Part shown: piece after piece, positions 52,301 through 64,000 of the stretch
How the letters are laid out: the number at the start of each line of letters is the position of its first letter
How positions within the stretch are numbered: position 1 is the stretch's first letter
From: Eledone cirrhosa
Taxonomy: Eukaryota
NCBI GenBank assembly: GCA_964016885.1
Contig: OZ024740.1
Location: forward strand, 262,446,001-262,510,000
Length of the DNA: 64,000 nt
Direction of reading: 5' to 3'
Made by a program: the position numbers and the translations under genes
The notes under the pieces: model-generated
Database searches by the model: none
What the model was told of the DNA's origin: nothing
The model's input: the letters and a program-made list of their open reading frames with translations, nothing else

Positions 52301-52830
52301 CTAAAAATAAGGATGTTGATGCTATTAATATGCGAGTACTTAACAAAATAGAAGAACATAGATTAAGAACCTACAATTCTATAGATCAAGTAGTGGATAC
52401 AAATGAAGCAGTAGATTTTCCGGTTGAGTTCTTAAATTCATTAGAATTAGCGGGATTTCCACCACATGAATTGAATTTGAAGAAAGACGCTCCAATTGTT
52501 CTTTTGAGAAATGTAGAGACTCCACAGTTATGCAACGGAATGAGGTTAATAGTGGAATCCCTTACAAATAATGTAATTGAAGCAAAAATACTAAATAGAA
52601 AGTATAAAAATGAATTAGTATTATTTCCAAGAATTAAATTATTTGCAGAGGAGGCAGTGGGGTTTAAAAGATTACAATTTTCAGTTAAACTATCTTTTGC
52701 TTTGATAATAAATAAATCACAAGTTCAAACATTTAAAAAAGTTGGTATCAATCTTAAAAATGAAGTATTTTCTCATAGACAACTATACGTATCACTTTCA
52801 AGATTGGGAGGTCCTAATTATCTTTATTAT
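49400..52830 (+). pseudogene. Helitron RepHel (HUH Rep plus PIF1-like helicase), disrupted
   Basis: GRPDLFIIFTC, VEWQKGGLPHAHILLW (HUH), YMIKYINKG (Y2), APGGTGK (Walker A, ~51446), GFPPHELNLKKDAPIVLLRN..LCNGMRL and FALIINKSQVQT..VFSHRQLYVSLSR. Confidence 0.92.
52005..52200 (+). mobile_element. SINE family A inserted in the Helitron helicase region
   Basis: Full-length copy with flanks ATTATTACCAG and ATTATTACTAG. Confidence 0.9.
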
Positions 52831-52834
52831 TACA

Positions 52835-53020
52835 AAATCAATGTTAATGGTTGGGTACAGTGATACCACATCTATACTGCCTATTATGCAGTTGGATAGG
52901 TTCCTGTTTTTGTTGCACTCACTGATTCTGCTGAGGAGGTCCTCTGTACTGTCACATACATCTGGGGACATCTTGATTATGGGGCGTATAACCATTGAGA
53001 GGAAGTCGGAGATCCTGTAG
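52835..53020 (-). mobile_element. PLE RT fragment
   Basis: Translation STEDLLSRI..IIGSIDVVSLYPTINID (RT motif with catalytic D and SLYP). Confidence 0.65.
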
Positions 53021-53155
53021 TTGCTAGCTATATATAGCTATATTTGCTCCTGCTTCTGTTATTAATTCTGGCAATACTATTACACAACTATGACCCTCCC
53101 CAAGTATAACAATATTTGTTTCGACACACGATTTCATATCAAAAACCTCGGAAAA

Positions 53156-53200
<45 letters not shown>

Positions 53201-53363
53201 AAAGAGAGAGATAGAGAGCGAAAGAGAGAGTGAGTTTGTATAATATAGATAGTGAGAAGGCGAGATGGTAATGTAGCGAATGACACCGAAAAGAGATAGA
53301 TAGATAGTGAGAGAGTTACAGAAAGAGATTAGATAGACAGAGAACTATATCACATTCATAACA

Positions 53364-53443
<80 letters not shown>

Positions 53444-54167
53444 ATCTGTTAAGGTGTCTATCTATCCGTCTCTGTGCCTGTCTGTCGTACACGGCGCAGA
53501 GAGCTTTCCTGTGGTTACCTGTCTTGCTAGAAATGACAGCGAAACCTTAGCTTCTACAACACACACGTACATACAGAGTTGTATCTGTCTATGTATTACT
53601 CTTTCTATCTCTATGTATTCTCATCTATCTTTCTAGCTTTCTATCTATCAATGTTGTGGCAATTAGTTTTGCTAGAAATGACAGCGAAATAAAACACTAG
53701 CTGCTACAACAGACACACATTTATTTGTACCTATCTATGTATTACTCTTTTTGTCTCTATGTATCCTATCTCCGTATAGGTCGAGTAAATTTTTATTATA
53801 AGTAATTAAATAATTTTACCATTGATTTTATTTTTACAATTTTTCATTCTTTTAGCAATCACAATAATCGATTTCAACTTCTTAAATTCTTTTTCATATT
53901 CTGAACAGTACGCCAAGTACAGAAAGCATTGTCCCTAAGAGAATCAACTCGATTTGTCTAGTATATTAATATTTCTCAGTTCGACTATAACCGATGACGT
54001 TTATTTTGCATCGCAAACCAGATATGATACGAAAAGTATCATGTGTGAATATGTCTCTACAAATATATGTGTCGCTCTCTTACTCTCTGTCCCCTAACCC
54101 CCTATTCTCCCTACCCCTCTCTCTCTATATATATATACGCATACATATATATATACATATATATATG

Positions 54168-54231
<64 letters not shown>

Positions 54232-54255
54232 AGTGTGTGTGTGTATATATATATG

Positions 54256-54321
<66 letters not shown>

Positions 54322-54353
54322 ACATATGTATATATACATATATACATGTATAC

Positions 54354-54389
<36 letters not shown>

Positions 54390-55023
54390 ATATATGTATA
54401 TTTATGTATATGTATGTGTATGTTTGTAGGAGTTTATGTCTAAACTAACATACATAGATAGCAATCGTATCACAAATATGTATGAATACACATTTATTGC
54501 GTCTACACATATATACACAATATATGTTTAAGTTTACGTACACATTATTCGTTTATGTTGGGGAGAGAAATAAACGCTTTGCAAATTTCAAGTGATTTGT
54601 ATCTTATAGGTGTTAACAGAATAGTAAAGATATATAATCAATCTAACAGTATCTGTTATTCTGTGGCTGACAGAAGAATTTTCTTCCTTGACTACAAAAA
54701 CACAATTGCAGTTCGCCGCCATCATTCTTTCTATCGTTTTCTCTTTTGCTTTTCTTCCAAGCAAGATAACTCAAGGGCAGCCAGGAGACAGAAAGACGAG
54801 TATAATTCTTATTTTAATTGAACACGGATTGAAGTGGTCTTGTCAGTACACAAATGAATTAGGAATAAACCTAGTATTTTTTTATATAAAAAATTCTAGA
54901 TAAATTAAAATACATTCAGCTGCTAGGCAAAACCATTTTCCACTCAACAGATATCGAGGCCGACAGGTAAAACGTCTATTTTTTAATACAAACATTCATA
55001 CATCAAATATATATACATACACC

Positions 55024-55085
<62 letters not shown>

Positions 55086-55198
55086 TAATTACATGCAGGC
55101 ATATATGCATACATACGTATATACAAACATACATGCATACATACATACATATATATAAACACATTAATACATACATCAATATATATTCATATATATGT

Positions 55199-55363
<165 letters not shown>

Positions 55364-55483
55364 CAAACACATACATGCACATACACACATTTATATATAT
55401 ATACTTATATACTTATATGGCCTGCTAACTGTGAGCGTGGGATGGTTGTTATATGGAGGTGTGTGGTTATATAAAACTACTGT

Positions 55484-55529
<46 letters not shown>

Positions 55530-56368
55530 TAAATGTGAAGACTAAAATCCAAAGAGGACTCGATAAAGATAAATATATATCAAATATATAAGAACCCTAG
55601 AGCAAATATTTACTAAAATAACAGATGAAAGTTTAAGCAACGAATCCCTGCTTTCACCCTTAACGGGATCTCCTGAAACTAAAAAAAAATCAATCTGTGA
55701 ACGCAGAAGTAAATATTTCGAAAAACATTGCAACCGAAGGAAAACAGGAAGACGATACTTTGGTTCGTAAAGACGTTCCCTGGCAATGAACGGAAAAAAG
55801 CGGAGATAATACGTCGTTATGCGGAGCGAGATACACACAAAGACAAAACCACGTTTATGTTATAAATGAATTCGAAGACTAATATTCTATTTAGGAAACC
55901 GAATGATTCTCAGCTTCAGAGTTAACAATAATGTAAATAAATTAGTAGAACAAAAATGACAGTGGTTATTAAAATCAATAATAATTAAATATATACATCC
56001 ACGCATTAATATACATAAATACACGTGGATACGCGGAAACACCCACCATGCATATACATGCCCGTACACATAAGCACGCGCAAACATACATAGACCCGCG
56101 CGACACATGTATCCGCACACATACGAACGTATACACCAAATACACATAAAAAATATATGTATATGGGTGTGTATACATATAATTATATAAACGTATATAA
56201 ATATACACACATAAATACGTATACAGCGCACGCACACACATACCTACAGGTAAAAGCACATATGTTCACCAAACGTACGTCAACCAAAACACAATGTACA
56301 CAATATAGACACCTTGCATATACACATATTCCAGTATATTTAATATAATATATACACCTATAACAAAA

Positions 56369-56490
56369 GGCGCGTGGCTAAGTGGTTAGAGAATTGGATT
56401 CACAATCTTGAGGCTGTGAGTTCGATTCCTGGACCGGGTCATGCGTTATGTCCTTGAGCACGACACCTTATTTCACGTTGCTCCTTCTAC
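56369..56490 (+). mobile_element. SINE family B
   Basis: TGGCTAAGTGG A-box, GTTCGATTCC B-box, then GTCCTTGAGCA. Confidence 0.8.
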
Positions 56491-56759
56491 CTGGAGTTGC
56501 GACCGATAGATAGTACTAGCAACTGGAAAGAACAACGGAAACATTGTTTCCTCGGTCCGATTTGACGAAAGTCGATCGATAACAAATACAAGCATGTATA
56601 CGTACGAGAAAGTATACGTACCTTCACAAAACATATGGGTAAGATATACTTAACTATACAAATGAGTAATGGTATAAAGAAAACATATACTTAGCTACCA
56701 CATCAAGTCGAAAATTATCCGCATATTGTTCGTACTTTCCGTTAGGGTATAATGTGGGG

Positions 56760-58290
56760 CTGTAATACAGGAAATATTTATGCAAGTTGTGTTTACAAGC
56801 CGAAATTGCCTCAGATTTTTTGTTGTGGTCTTTGGCGTAGAGTATTTCCAGGGCTTCAGCGGCGCAATGATCGCATGGTCTTTTATTTCCATACGATCTA
56901 GGTTTATCTAGGATCTCCCAGTGTAACCTATATTGGGTGTGGTTGTATTTTAGACTCCATATTAAGCTGAAAATGACGTCGTATTCCTTCTTAAAGGGTT
57001 AAGAAAAGCATGGGTGTGCATGTAAAGACGCTGCTTGAATCTATTGGTGGTTAACCCTATGTAGACCCTACGGGACGTGGGTGTTTCGACCTTACACTTG
57101 TAGAAAATGTTACTGGGGAGGCATTTCCCGGATAGAGGGCAGTCAACCCGATTCCTACAATTACAGTTAGTACTAGCTACGGCTAGATAATTTAGCTAAA
57201 TTTGAAGCAGTGATGTTATGTGCAAAGTTGGGGCTCATAGAGTAGGATATTTTAATGGTATTTCTATTAAACATGTTATTATATTTATGTGCTGAGGGGA
57301 AATGCTTCTTAATAAGGGAGAGAAAGATCTTAGCTAATGGTGTGGCCACCTCCATATTATATGGTGGGTTATAACATATAATGCGTCGGAATCTATTTTT
57401 CCTTGGTCTATGCTCATACTTACCTTATCGACAAATCCACTCAGAGCAAGAGCTTCATTGTAATTTGTGGAATGGTCGGTAAAAATGTGCTCGTTTGTAG
57501 ATAGACGGGAAAGACTCAAAGAAACGTTTCTTACCAGGTTCTTGGTTATGCTGGTAGGATGGTTGTTAGAATGCTTACTTATGTAATTAAGCATACCATT
57601 CGACTTTCTATACGGGTAGTGCAAGCCATTCGACAAATTGAGGGTAACGTCGAGGTAATTAACGACCGAGAGGTTGGCCTCAATCTGTATGGAGAGGTTG
57701 AAGCCTTTAAAGAAAGCCGTGAGTTCTTTTCTGAACCTGTCGCAAGTGTGTGGACCGCACTTTGTCATGGTCAAAAGACCGTCATCGCGGTACAAACCAC
57801 CGCCCACATTGGGGAATTCTTCCTTGATAGAGAAAAAAAGGAAAAGGCCGATAAGATTTGTAACCTCCGCCGAATACACACGTCGAATGGGGGTACTATT
57901 AGGTCTTTTAATCCAAATAGAATCATCGAAATTAATCACCGACTTACGGGCATTGAGGATGACATCAACTTTGAAATCCTTAACCACTGTGAGCGTTTTA
58001 GCGAAATTTATAGCTCTAAGAAGAAGTGGTAAAGTGATGGATGAGTAGTAGTTATAGATGTCGAATTGGATAAAACGGCAATGTTCCTTGTTGCATATGC
58101 CATTGAACCAATCAATCACCGCGAAAGAATTATTCCATAGTGCAAGAGGAGCCAGGTTTCTAATTTCAGGTATAATTGTATCTAAAATCCTTTTACTAAG
58201 TCTACCTAAATCAAACTTCGTAGGGTTAATTAGCCGAATAGTTGTTGGCGAAATTGGGTTTGTGATCCTTTAGGGTAAAGTGGGGGAGAA
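56760..58290 (-). mobile_element. Decayed PLE (RT plus GIY-YIG)
   Basis: IRLINP.K, QFDIYNYYSSI, YRDDGL, VNYLDVTL, IKISYSMSPN and CNCRNRVDCPLSGKCL..NIFYKC..VYIGLTT..FKQR. Confidence 0.9.
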
Positions 58291-58974
58291 ATAGGGTCCA
58301 GAGGTTCGTTGGACTTTAACAATTGAAAATTATACAAAATATAAAATAATTTTAAATAGATTTCTGGGTGGCTGTATAATAAGAGGAATCGAACTGTGTG
58401 CGAGCTGTTAAGAATGCTCCATTTTTTAACGTAAGTTTTGGTCTACTTTTCCGCGAAACTTTGTTTATTGTACATGAACATATCGTAAATACTTTTATAT
58501 ACAACCCAATTATGAACCACTCCATTTTATTCCTACTCATATTTAATCTTAGTCAGTCACCTTTGTACTTTATGCAAATGATTATCTAATACCGATGATT
58601 CATACGGCAAAAAAACAACAAAAAAAACAACATCAACAAAAACAAACGAACATACAAACAAATAATCTTAAGTTACTCTTCTCTTCGTAGCGAATGATTA
58701 AATGTCACCATTGATGAATACATATCCAGAAACAGCTGTCTGATATTCTCACGTGACATGATTACAGCTTAGAATATTCATAGCGAAACTCCTGTATGTT
58801 CATTATATATAAACATATCGTACGTGCTCTAATATACGCTCCTATTTTGAACCACGGTAACACACATACAGACACAAACACACGTACATATATATCCCGG
58901 TGTAAATACAGCATATTTCTTCAAGAGAAGGAGAGAAATTAAGAGAGAAAAAGGGAGAAAGAGGCACACAGGAA

Positions 58975-59135
58975 GAATCGACCACATAACTAGACTGGTA
59001 CTTTATTTTATCGGCTTCGAATTGATGAAAGGTAAAGTTCACGTCGGCAAGATTTGAACTCAGAGAATAGAGAGCCGAAACAAATACGGCAAAGGTCTCT
59101 ATCTGGCGTTATAACGTCTCTGTCAATTCTCCGCA
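58975..59135 (-). mobile_element. SINE family A (older)
   Basis: CTGGTACTTTATTTTATCG..GATGAAAGGTAAAG..GATTTGAACTCAG. Confidence 0.75.
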
Positions 59136-59389
59136 TATGTACATATATTAGAAACAGTCATTTATCAATGATGATGCTAATTTTGATACTGGTAGTATTA
59201 CAGTAATGGCCGAGATATCGAGTGCAGCTATCGTTGTTTACCGTATTCACGTTATTGATGCTTTTGTCTTCATCGTTGATAAAAGCAACTAGATATGAGT
59301 AGCAATATAATGGTTCTTGTTATTTTCGTTCCTATTGTATGTCACTTGCTATTGTTCTTGGTAACTATATAATAACTAAAGACATCTAC

Positions 59390-59860
59390 TTGCTTTGCTG
59401 GCATTGTTGTTATTGGTAGTGGTGCTATTGGTGAAGGCGAGGTTTTTTTTTAATGTTGAAGGTAGTGGGGTGTTCCTGCTGCTGATGTTGTTATTTGTAA
59501 TGATGCTGGTAATGGTGGTGGTGGTGAGAGAGGGTGGGGGTGATTTCGTTGTCATTGGTAATGGTGCTGTTGGTGGTGGTGGGGTGTTATTTGCTGTTGT
59601 TGTTGTCTTTATTGTTAATAGTGCTGTTGGTGGTGGTGGAGTTTTATTTGTTGTTGTTGTTTTTGTTGTTAATAGTACTATTGGTGGTGGTGGTGGGGTG
59701 TTTTTGTTGTTGATGTATTAATTGTGTTAGTGGTGGTGTTGATGGTGTTTGTTTGTTGTGGTGGTGATGGTAGTGTTGATAGTAGTGGTGTTGATGGTGG
59801 TGATGGTGGTGTGAGTGGTGGGACTAGTGCTGTTGATAGTGGTGTTAGTGGTGATGGTGT
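59390..59860. repeat. Decayed (GGT)/(GTT) tract
   Basis: Seen directly in the sequence. Confidence 0.85.
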
Positions 59861-60034
59861 TCTTGTTTACATCTTTCTTTTATTTGCTATATATATTCTG
59901 GATTAATTCTTTATACTTACTATAATAGTTTTCTAGTTAATTGTTAAAAAGCTTGGACGGACTACTTTAAATGATAAAACAAAAGAAACAGAGGGAGGGA
60001 GAGAGAGAGAGAGCCATACACATATACACAATAC

Positions 60035-60088
<54 letters not shown>

Positions 60089-60108
60089 GTACATATACAC
60101 ACTCACTA

Positions 60109-60141
<33 letters not shown>

Positions 60142-60239
60142 AGAGAGAACTGAATTACTAGAACTATCCGCTAGCGGTTATTAAATGGAATTCGTGTGGA
60201 AGACAAGCAAAAAGAGATATTAATGGTCTTCTCCGGCTA

Positions 60240-60264
60240 TATGATGATAATAATAATGATGATG

Positions 60265-60322
<58 letters not shown>

Positions 60323-60535
60323 TGATGATGATGATGATGATGGTAACAGCAACAACAACAATAATAATGATAATAATCACAATAATAATAATAGTAGTAA
60401 TAATAATAACTACAACAATGATAATAGTAATTATTGACAGCATCAACAACAGCAGTAACAACAGCAACAGCAACAACAGCAGCAACAACTGCATCATCAT
60501 CGTTATCATTATCATAAATATAATAATGAAAATCA
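60240..60535. repeat. (ATA)n/(ATG)n/(CAA)n compound microsatellite
   Basis: Seen directly in the sequence. Confidence 0.97.
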
Positions 60536-60704
60536 CAATGAATCTCCACTGGCCATTGGCTCTCCATATAGATTATCGTTCTTTCGAATTCACACAGGGA
60601 TGAATGAATACATACATATCTATCATTCTATATACTTGTCTATGTACTTACTTATCTCTCTTTATAATGTTTTATATATCAGTATAATATATATATGTAT
60701 ATAT

Positions 60705-61635
60705 ATACGTGGAGAAGTATATAAAGGAGAACAAACCGTTAAAACATGTTTATTTAAAACAGCACCTACGTATGTTTCGCCTGAAAGGGCTTCTCAAGGG
60801 CATACAGAACTAAAGAGTGTTCCTTAGGTGACCCAGAAGGGGTTTTACAGATAAGTTCACATCACAGTTCATTCTTCGTAAAAAACATGTATTGATATTG
60901 TAGTAGATCAGGGGAGATAACTCCAGCCAGTGTTAGAGCAGTGGTCCCCAGGCTATATGTTACCCGTTAGTATTTTATGGTTACTGTTTTACCATTGTCG
61001 ATTCACGCAGGGTCAGGCATGTAAGGTTAGTTTCCAGGTGTTTGTTTGCAGCGCCTGCCCGCCGGGGTCGATTCACGCCGGGTCTGGGATGCATGGTTAG
61101 TTTCCAGATGTTTTTTGCAGCGTCTACCCGCCGGGGTGTTAAGAGTTGGTGCAGGATGACCCGGTTAATGGTTTTCAAACCACATTCTTATTCCATCTGG
61201 AGTAAGAGATTTTTAAGCAGTGTGTGCAGCCTATCGCTGTTTCTGCTCTGCTGATGATGAGCTCATGGGGTGCCGTTATGATATGATAAAGCTCCATGAG
61301 GCAAAGCTCGCGCTTCCTCTTGAAATTGTACGGTGCTGCCTTGCCGACAATTTCCCAGTGCGTGGAGAAGCTGATGTTTGAGTCTTTTAATGCTGATATG
61401 TAGTTCGCAAGCGAAGTGGAGTGTCTTAGTTTCTTGTTTGCGAAAGAGTAGAGATGTGTTGGAAATCTATTTTCGAACGGGCCAGAGGTTGCCACTATAT
61501 AATGCTTAACGCTATTATGGCTAATTACGGTGCACCTATAAATAACCTTATCAGTCAGGCAATTTCCTCTAAGGCGGCAGCGTCCCCTAACACGACAGTT
61601 GCACTTTCGGTCGCAGTTCCTTCTAGTTCCCAAGG
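60705..61635 (-). mobile_element. 5'-truncated PLE: GIY-YIG (61175-61635), trailer and degenerate HHR (60762-60801)
   Basis: CNCRVRGRCRLRGNCLTDKVIYRC..HYIVATSGPFENRF..H and LCLMELYHI. Downstream motif TTGAGAA-(gcc ctttca ggc)-GAAACATACGTA-ggtgc. Confidence 0.85.
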
Positions 61636-61721
61636 TATATATATATATATATATTATAATCATATAGAAGACCAAAACAGTTAATTACGGAAACGAACTT
61701 TTATTGACTTATATATATATA

Positions 61722-62885
61722 CTAGCTGTGGTACCCGGCGTTGCACGGGATAAGGTATTTTGGAACGCGAGCAGCCAACAGACCTAATCATGGAAAAACT
61801 GCATGCCTGGACTATATGTAAAGAAAATAAACCGAATACTCTGATGGCTGGAAAAGCTTTAAGATTTTCCTCGATGAAGCAGGAAAAATGCAGGTTTTCA
61901 CCTAATGCGGGCTCTAGGCAATCAAGAAAATGAATTATTTTTATGTGCATAATATGCCTTGAAAAATCGGCTAGACGTAACGCCTAAAAAAAAGCCCTAA
62001 AAAGCTGAATAAATGAAGTTTTTCACCTAGTGCGGGCCCAAGGCCATGAAAAAGTTTGATTTTCCTTGCTCACGGTATGAAGAAGAGACAGACTAATACA
62101 TAGTTACAATTTCAAGGAAATCGGTCTGACGTAACGCGTTAAAATACCCCTAAAAACTGAAAAAAGCGCAGTTTTTCACCTAATGTGGGCCGTAGGAGAT
62201 CAAATAGTTGAATTTTTTATGTGCATAACACTCTCAGAAACATAACCCGGGCCACCAACAGACATAATCTTAGAAAAACTGCATGCCTGGACAATATGTA
62301 AAGAAAATAAACCGAATACTCTGATGCAATTAGTATTAGGTATGCTTATCCTTCCACGTGGAAAATATCGGCTTGGTGCTTTTGTACTTTAATAAAGTGG
62401 CATGAGTCAGCAAGACAGATATCACCACTTATGTCAGAGGGAAATCTGCAATGCTTGAGCAAGGCATGAAATGCAATCGGACAACATGTGGAGCCTTCTC
62501 GAAGGAGTCCACCGCACCTTAGTAAGTAAACACAACTGGAAAAACGTTTACCAAACTGTGGGTATAATTTAACAAATTTAGAGAGGAATGGTGCAATAAA
62601 ATGGGCCCCGAGGCGTGTGTGTGTTCACTGGCACCCCTAAACAAAAGGGTCGCCATCAGTTATTTCAAGGGCCCTTAAAATAGCCTTGTAAGCCGTACAC
62701 TGACACTCCAGTAAGGAGGGGTAATCATCAACAATTTGAAGTTATATTTGCTCAGAACACTCCCTGAAACATAAGTATTATATGTGTAAAGTTTGAAAAC
62801 AGTCGCTTGGGTGGTTCTCGAGTTTTAGGGATTCAAACTCACACACACACAGACAGATATCCTCAGTTTTATATATATATATATA
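61722..62885 (-). mobile_element. Non-autonomous Helitron
   Basis: Minus-strand 3' end CCCGTGCAACGCCGGG hairpin plus CTAG|T. 61840-62240 and 62745-62870 are inverted homologs of 47580-48375. Internal direct repeat 61772-61846/62252-62326. Confidence 0.88.
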
Positions 62886-62892
62886 TATATAT

Positions 62893-63397
62893 ACACTTAC
62901 GGTAAATATTGATGCAATTCAAATCAAGCACTCTACGTAATATTTCGACATAGGAACGGCGGAGTATATATAGAATAAGAAAATGCGAAGTAGTTGTAGA
63001 TGTTAAAGTCCTTTATTGATAAGGCTGTGATATATATTTCAATGACGACAGTGGCCACGCGATTCTACCTAACTAGTGCCATGATCTCATCAGGCAGCTT
63101 CTTACATATTAAGGTTATATTATCAAGGTAATCAAAATTAAAACGAAAAGAGAATGGACAAAGATGATGTTCTTGATAAGGGAACGGACGAAGGCTTCAA
63201 GAACACCATCTTTGTCCGTTCCCTTGTCGCTTTAATTTGGATTGCCTCAAAAAACGTAATGTAAGAAGCTATCTGATGAGATCATGGCACTGGTTAGGCG
63301 GAATCACGTGGTCACTGTCGTCATTGAAATATGTATCGCAGCCGTACCAATAAAGGACTTACATTTGAAAGCACTTCGCATTTTCTTATTGTATATT
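62893..63397. mobile_element. Fold-back cassette with an HHR in each arm
   Basis: Arms ~62965-63107 and ~63259-63397, tail 62893-62964, and (TA)n on both sides. Confidence 0.85.
63268..63342 (+). ncRNA. Type I hammerhead with 46-nt helix II (mirror copy 63024-63098, minus)
   Basis: Two-arm consensus gctgc-CTGATGA-[gatcatggca...tgtcgtcatt]-GAAATATATATC-gcagc. Confidence 0.75.
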
Positions 63398-63406
63398 GTA
63401 TATTGT

Positions 63407-63458
<52 letters not shown>

Positions 63459-64000
63459 TATTTATAGTGATATTGGGGTTTCCTTGTACAGATGAAAGAA
63501 GCTCGATGCTATCCAGTTTTCTTAATACACTAATAATTCAAAGTCTGCTGAGGATTTCCCCAGCCGTTGGAAATTCTGTTGTAGACTGCAGGGCTCGAAA
63601 TTTATTAATAGAGAGAGCATAACCAAGTTAAACTTAAAAAATAACTTTAATCCTACATACGTTTTAATGTAGAGAGGTGGGCCAAACCAAGTTACATACG
63701 AGGTATCTGTCCGTTGGTCTACATATCTTCAGGAATTTAGATATTGTTTGAAGTTTCAAGAGTATTACATCCAACAGCTAACTCCATACCATAGATAATG
63801 TTGATATCGTTCCAATTAATGCATTGCAATTTATAAGCGCAACCAAAAGCAATAGTAAAGCAGTATTAAAAATAATATATCAAAATGTAGTACTTGTGTA
63901 CATTCATACATTTACATGAGAATATGAGTATGCATATTGACTAGAATATAGAAAGAGGACAATAGTGAGTCAATTATGCGTTAGGCGTATAAAAATATAT

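Larger units (their letters stand above)
47575..52830 (+). mobile_element. Decayed autonomous Helitron (3' end not found)
   Basis: A|TCTATATATATA 5' end, 5' region shared with the 61722-62885 element, and Rep/helicase remnants. Confidence 0.85.

Noticed and set aside
55560-55880. Possible GIY-YIG C-terminal remnant
   Set aside because: Too decayed, with no clear diagnostic motif.

Overview
AT-rich, microsatellite-dense eukaryotic DNA made up almost entirely of transposable elements. The SINE and repeat landscape looks like a coleoid cephalopod (octopus-type), which is an inference. No host gene is supported with confidence. Main contents: (1) an apparently intact two-ORF Tx1/L1-clade non-LTR retrotransposon (16177-21905) inside a (TATC)n array, followed directly by an older decayed relative; (2) at least seven Penelope-like element (PLE; RT plus GIY-YIG) remnants on both strands, mostly bounded by (TA)n; (3) a young 5'-truncated RTE with an 11-bp target-site duplication (TSD) nested in a PLE; (4) a decayed autonomous Helitron and a related non-autonomous copy; (5) many tRNA-derived SINEs plus mariner and R4/Dong remnants. 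The most striking non-coding signal is a recurring cassette, (TA)n - inverted arm - direct arm - short unique tail - (TA)n. Its arms carry type I hammerhead ribozyme (HHR) motifs with palindromic helix III, and several have unusually long helix II inserts (41-116 nt). All structures were read and paired by eye, not computed, so boundaries are approximate.
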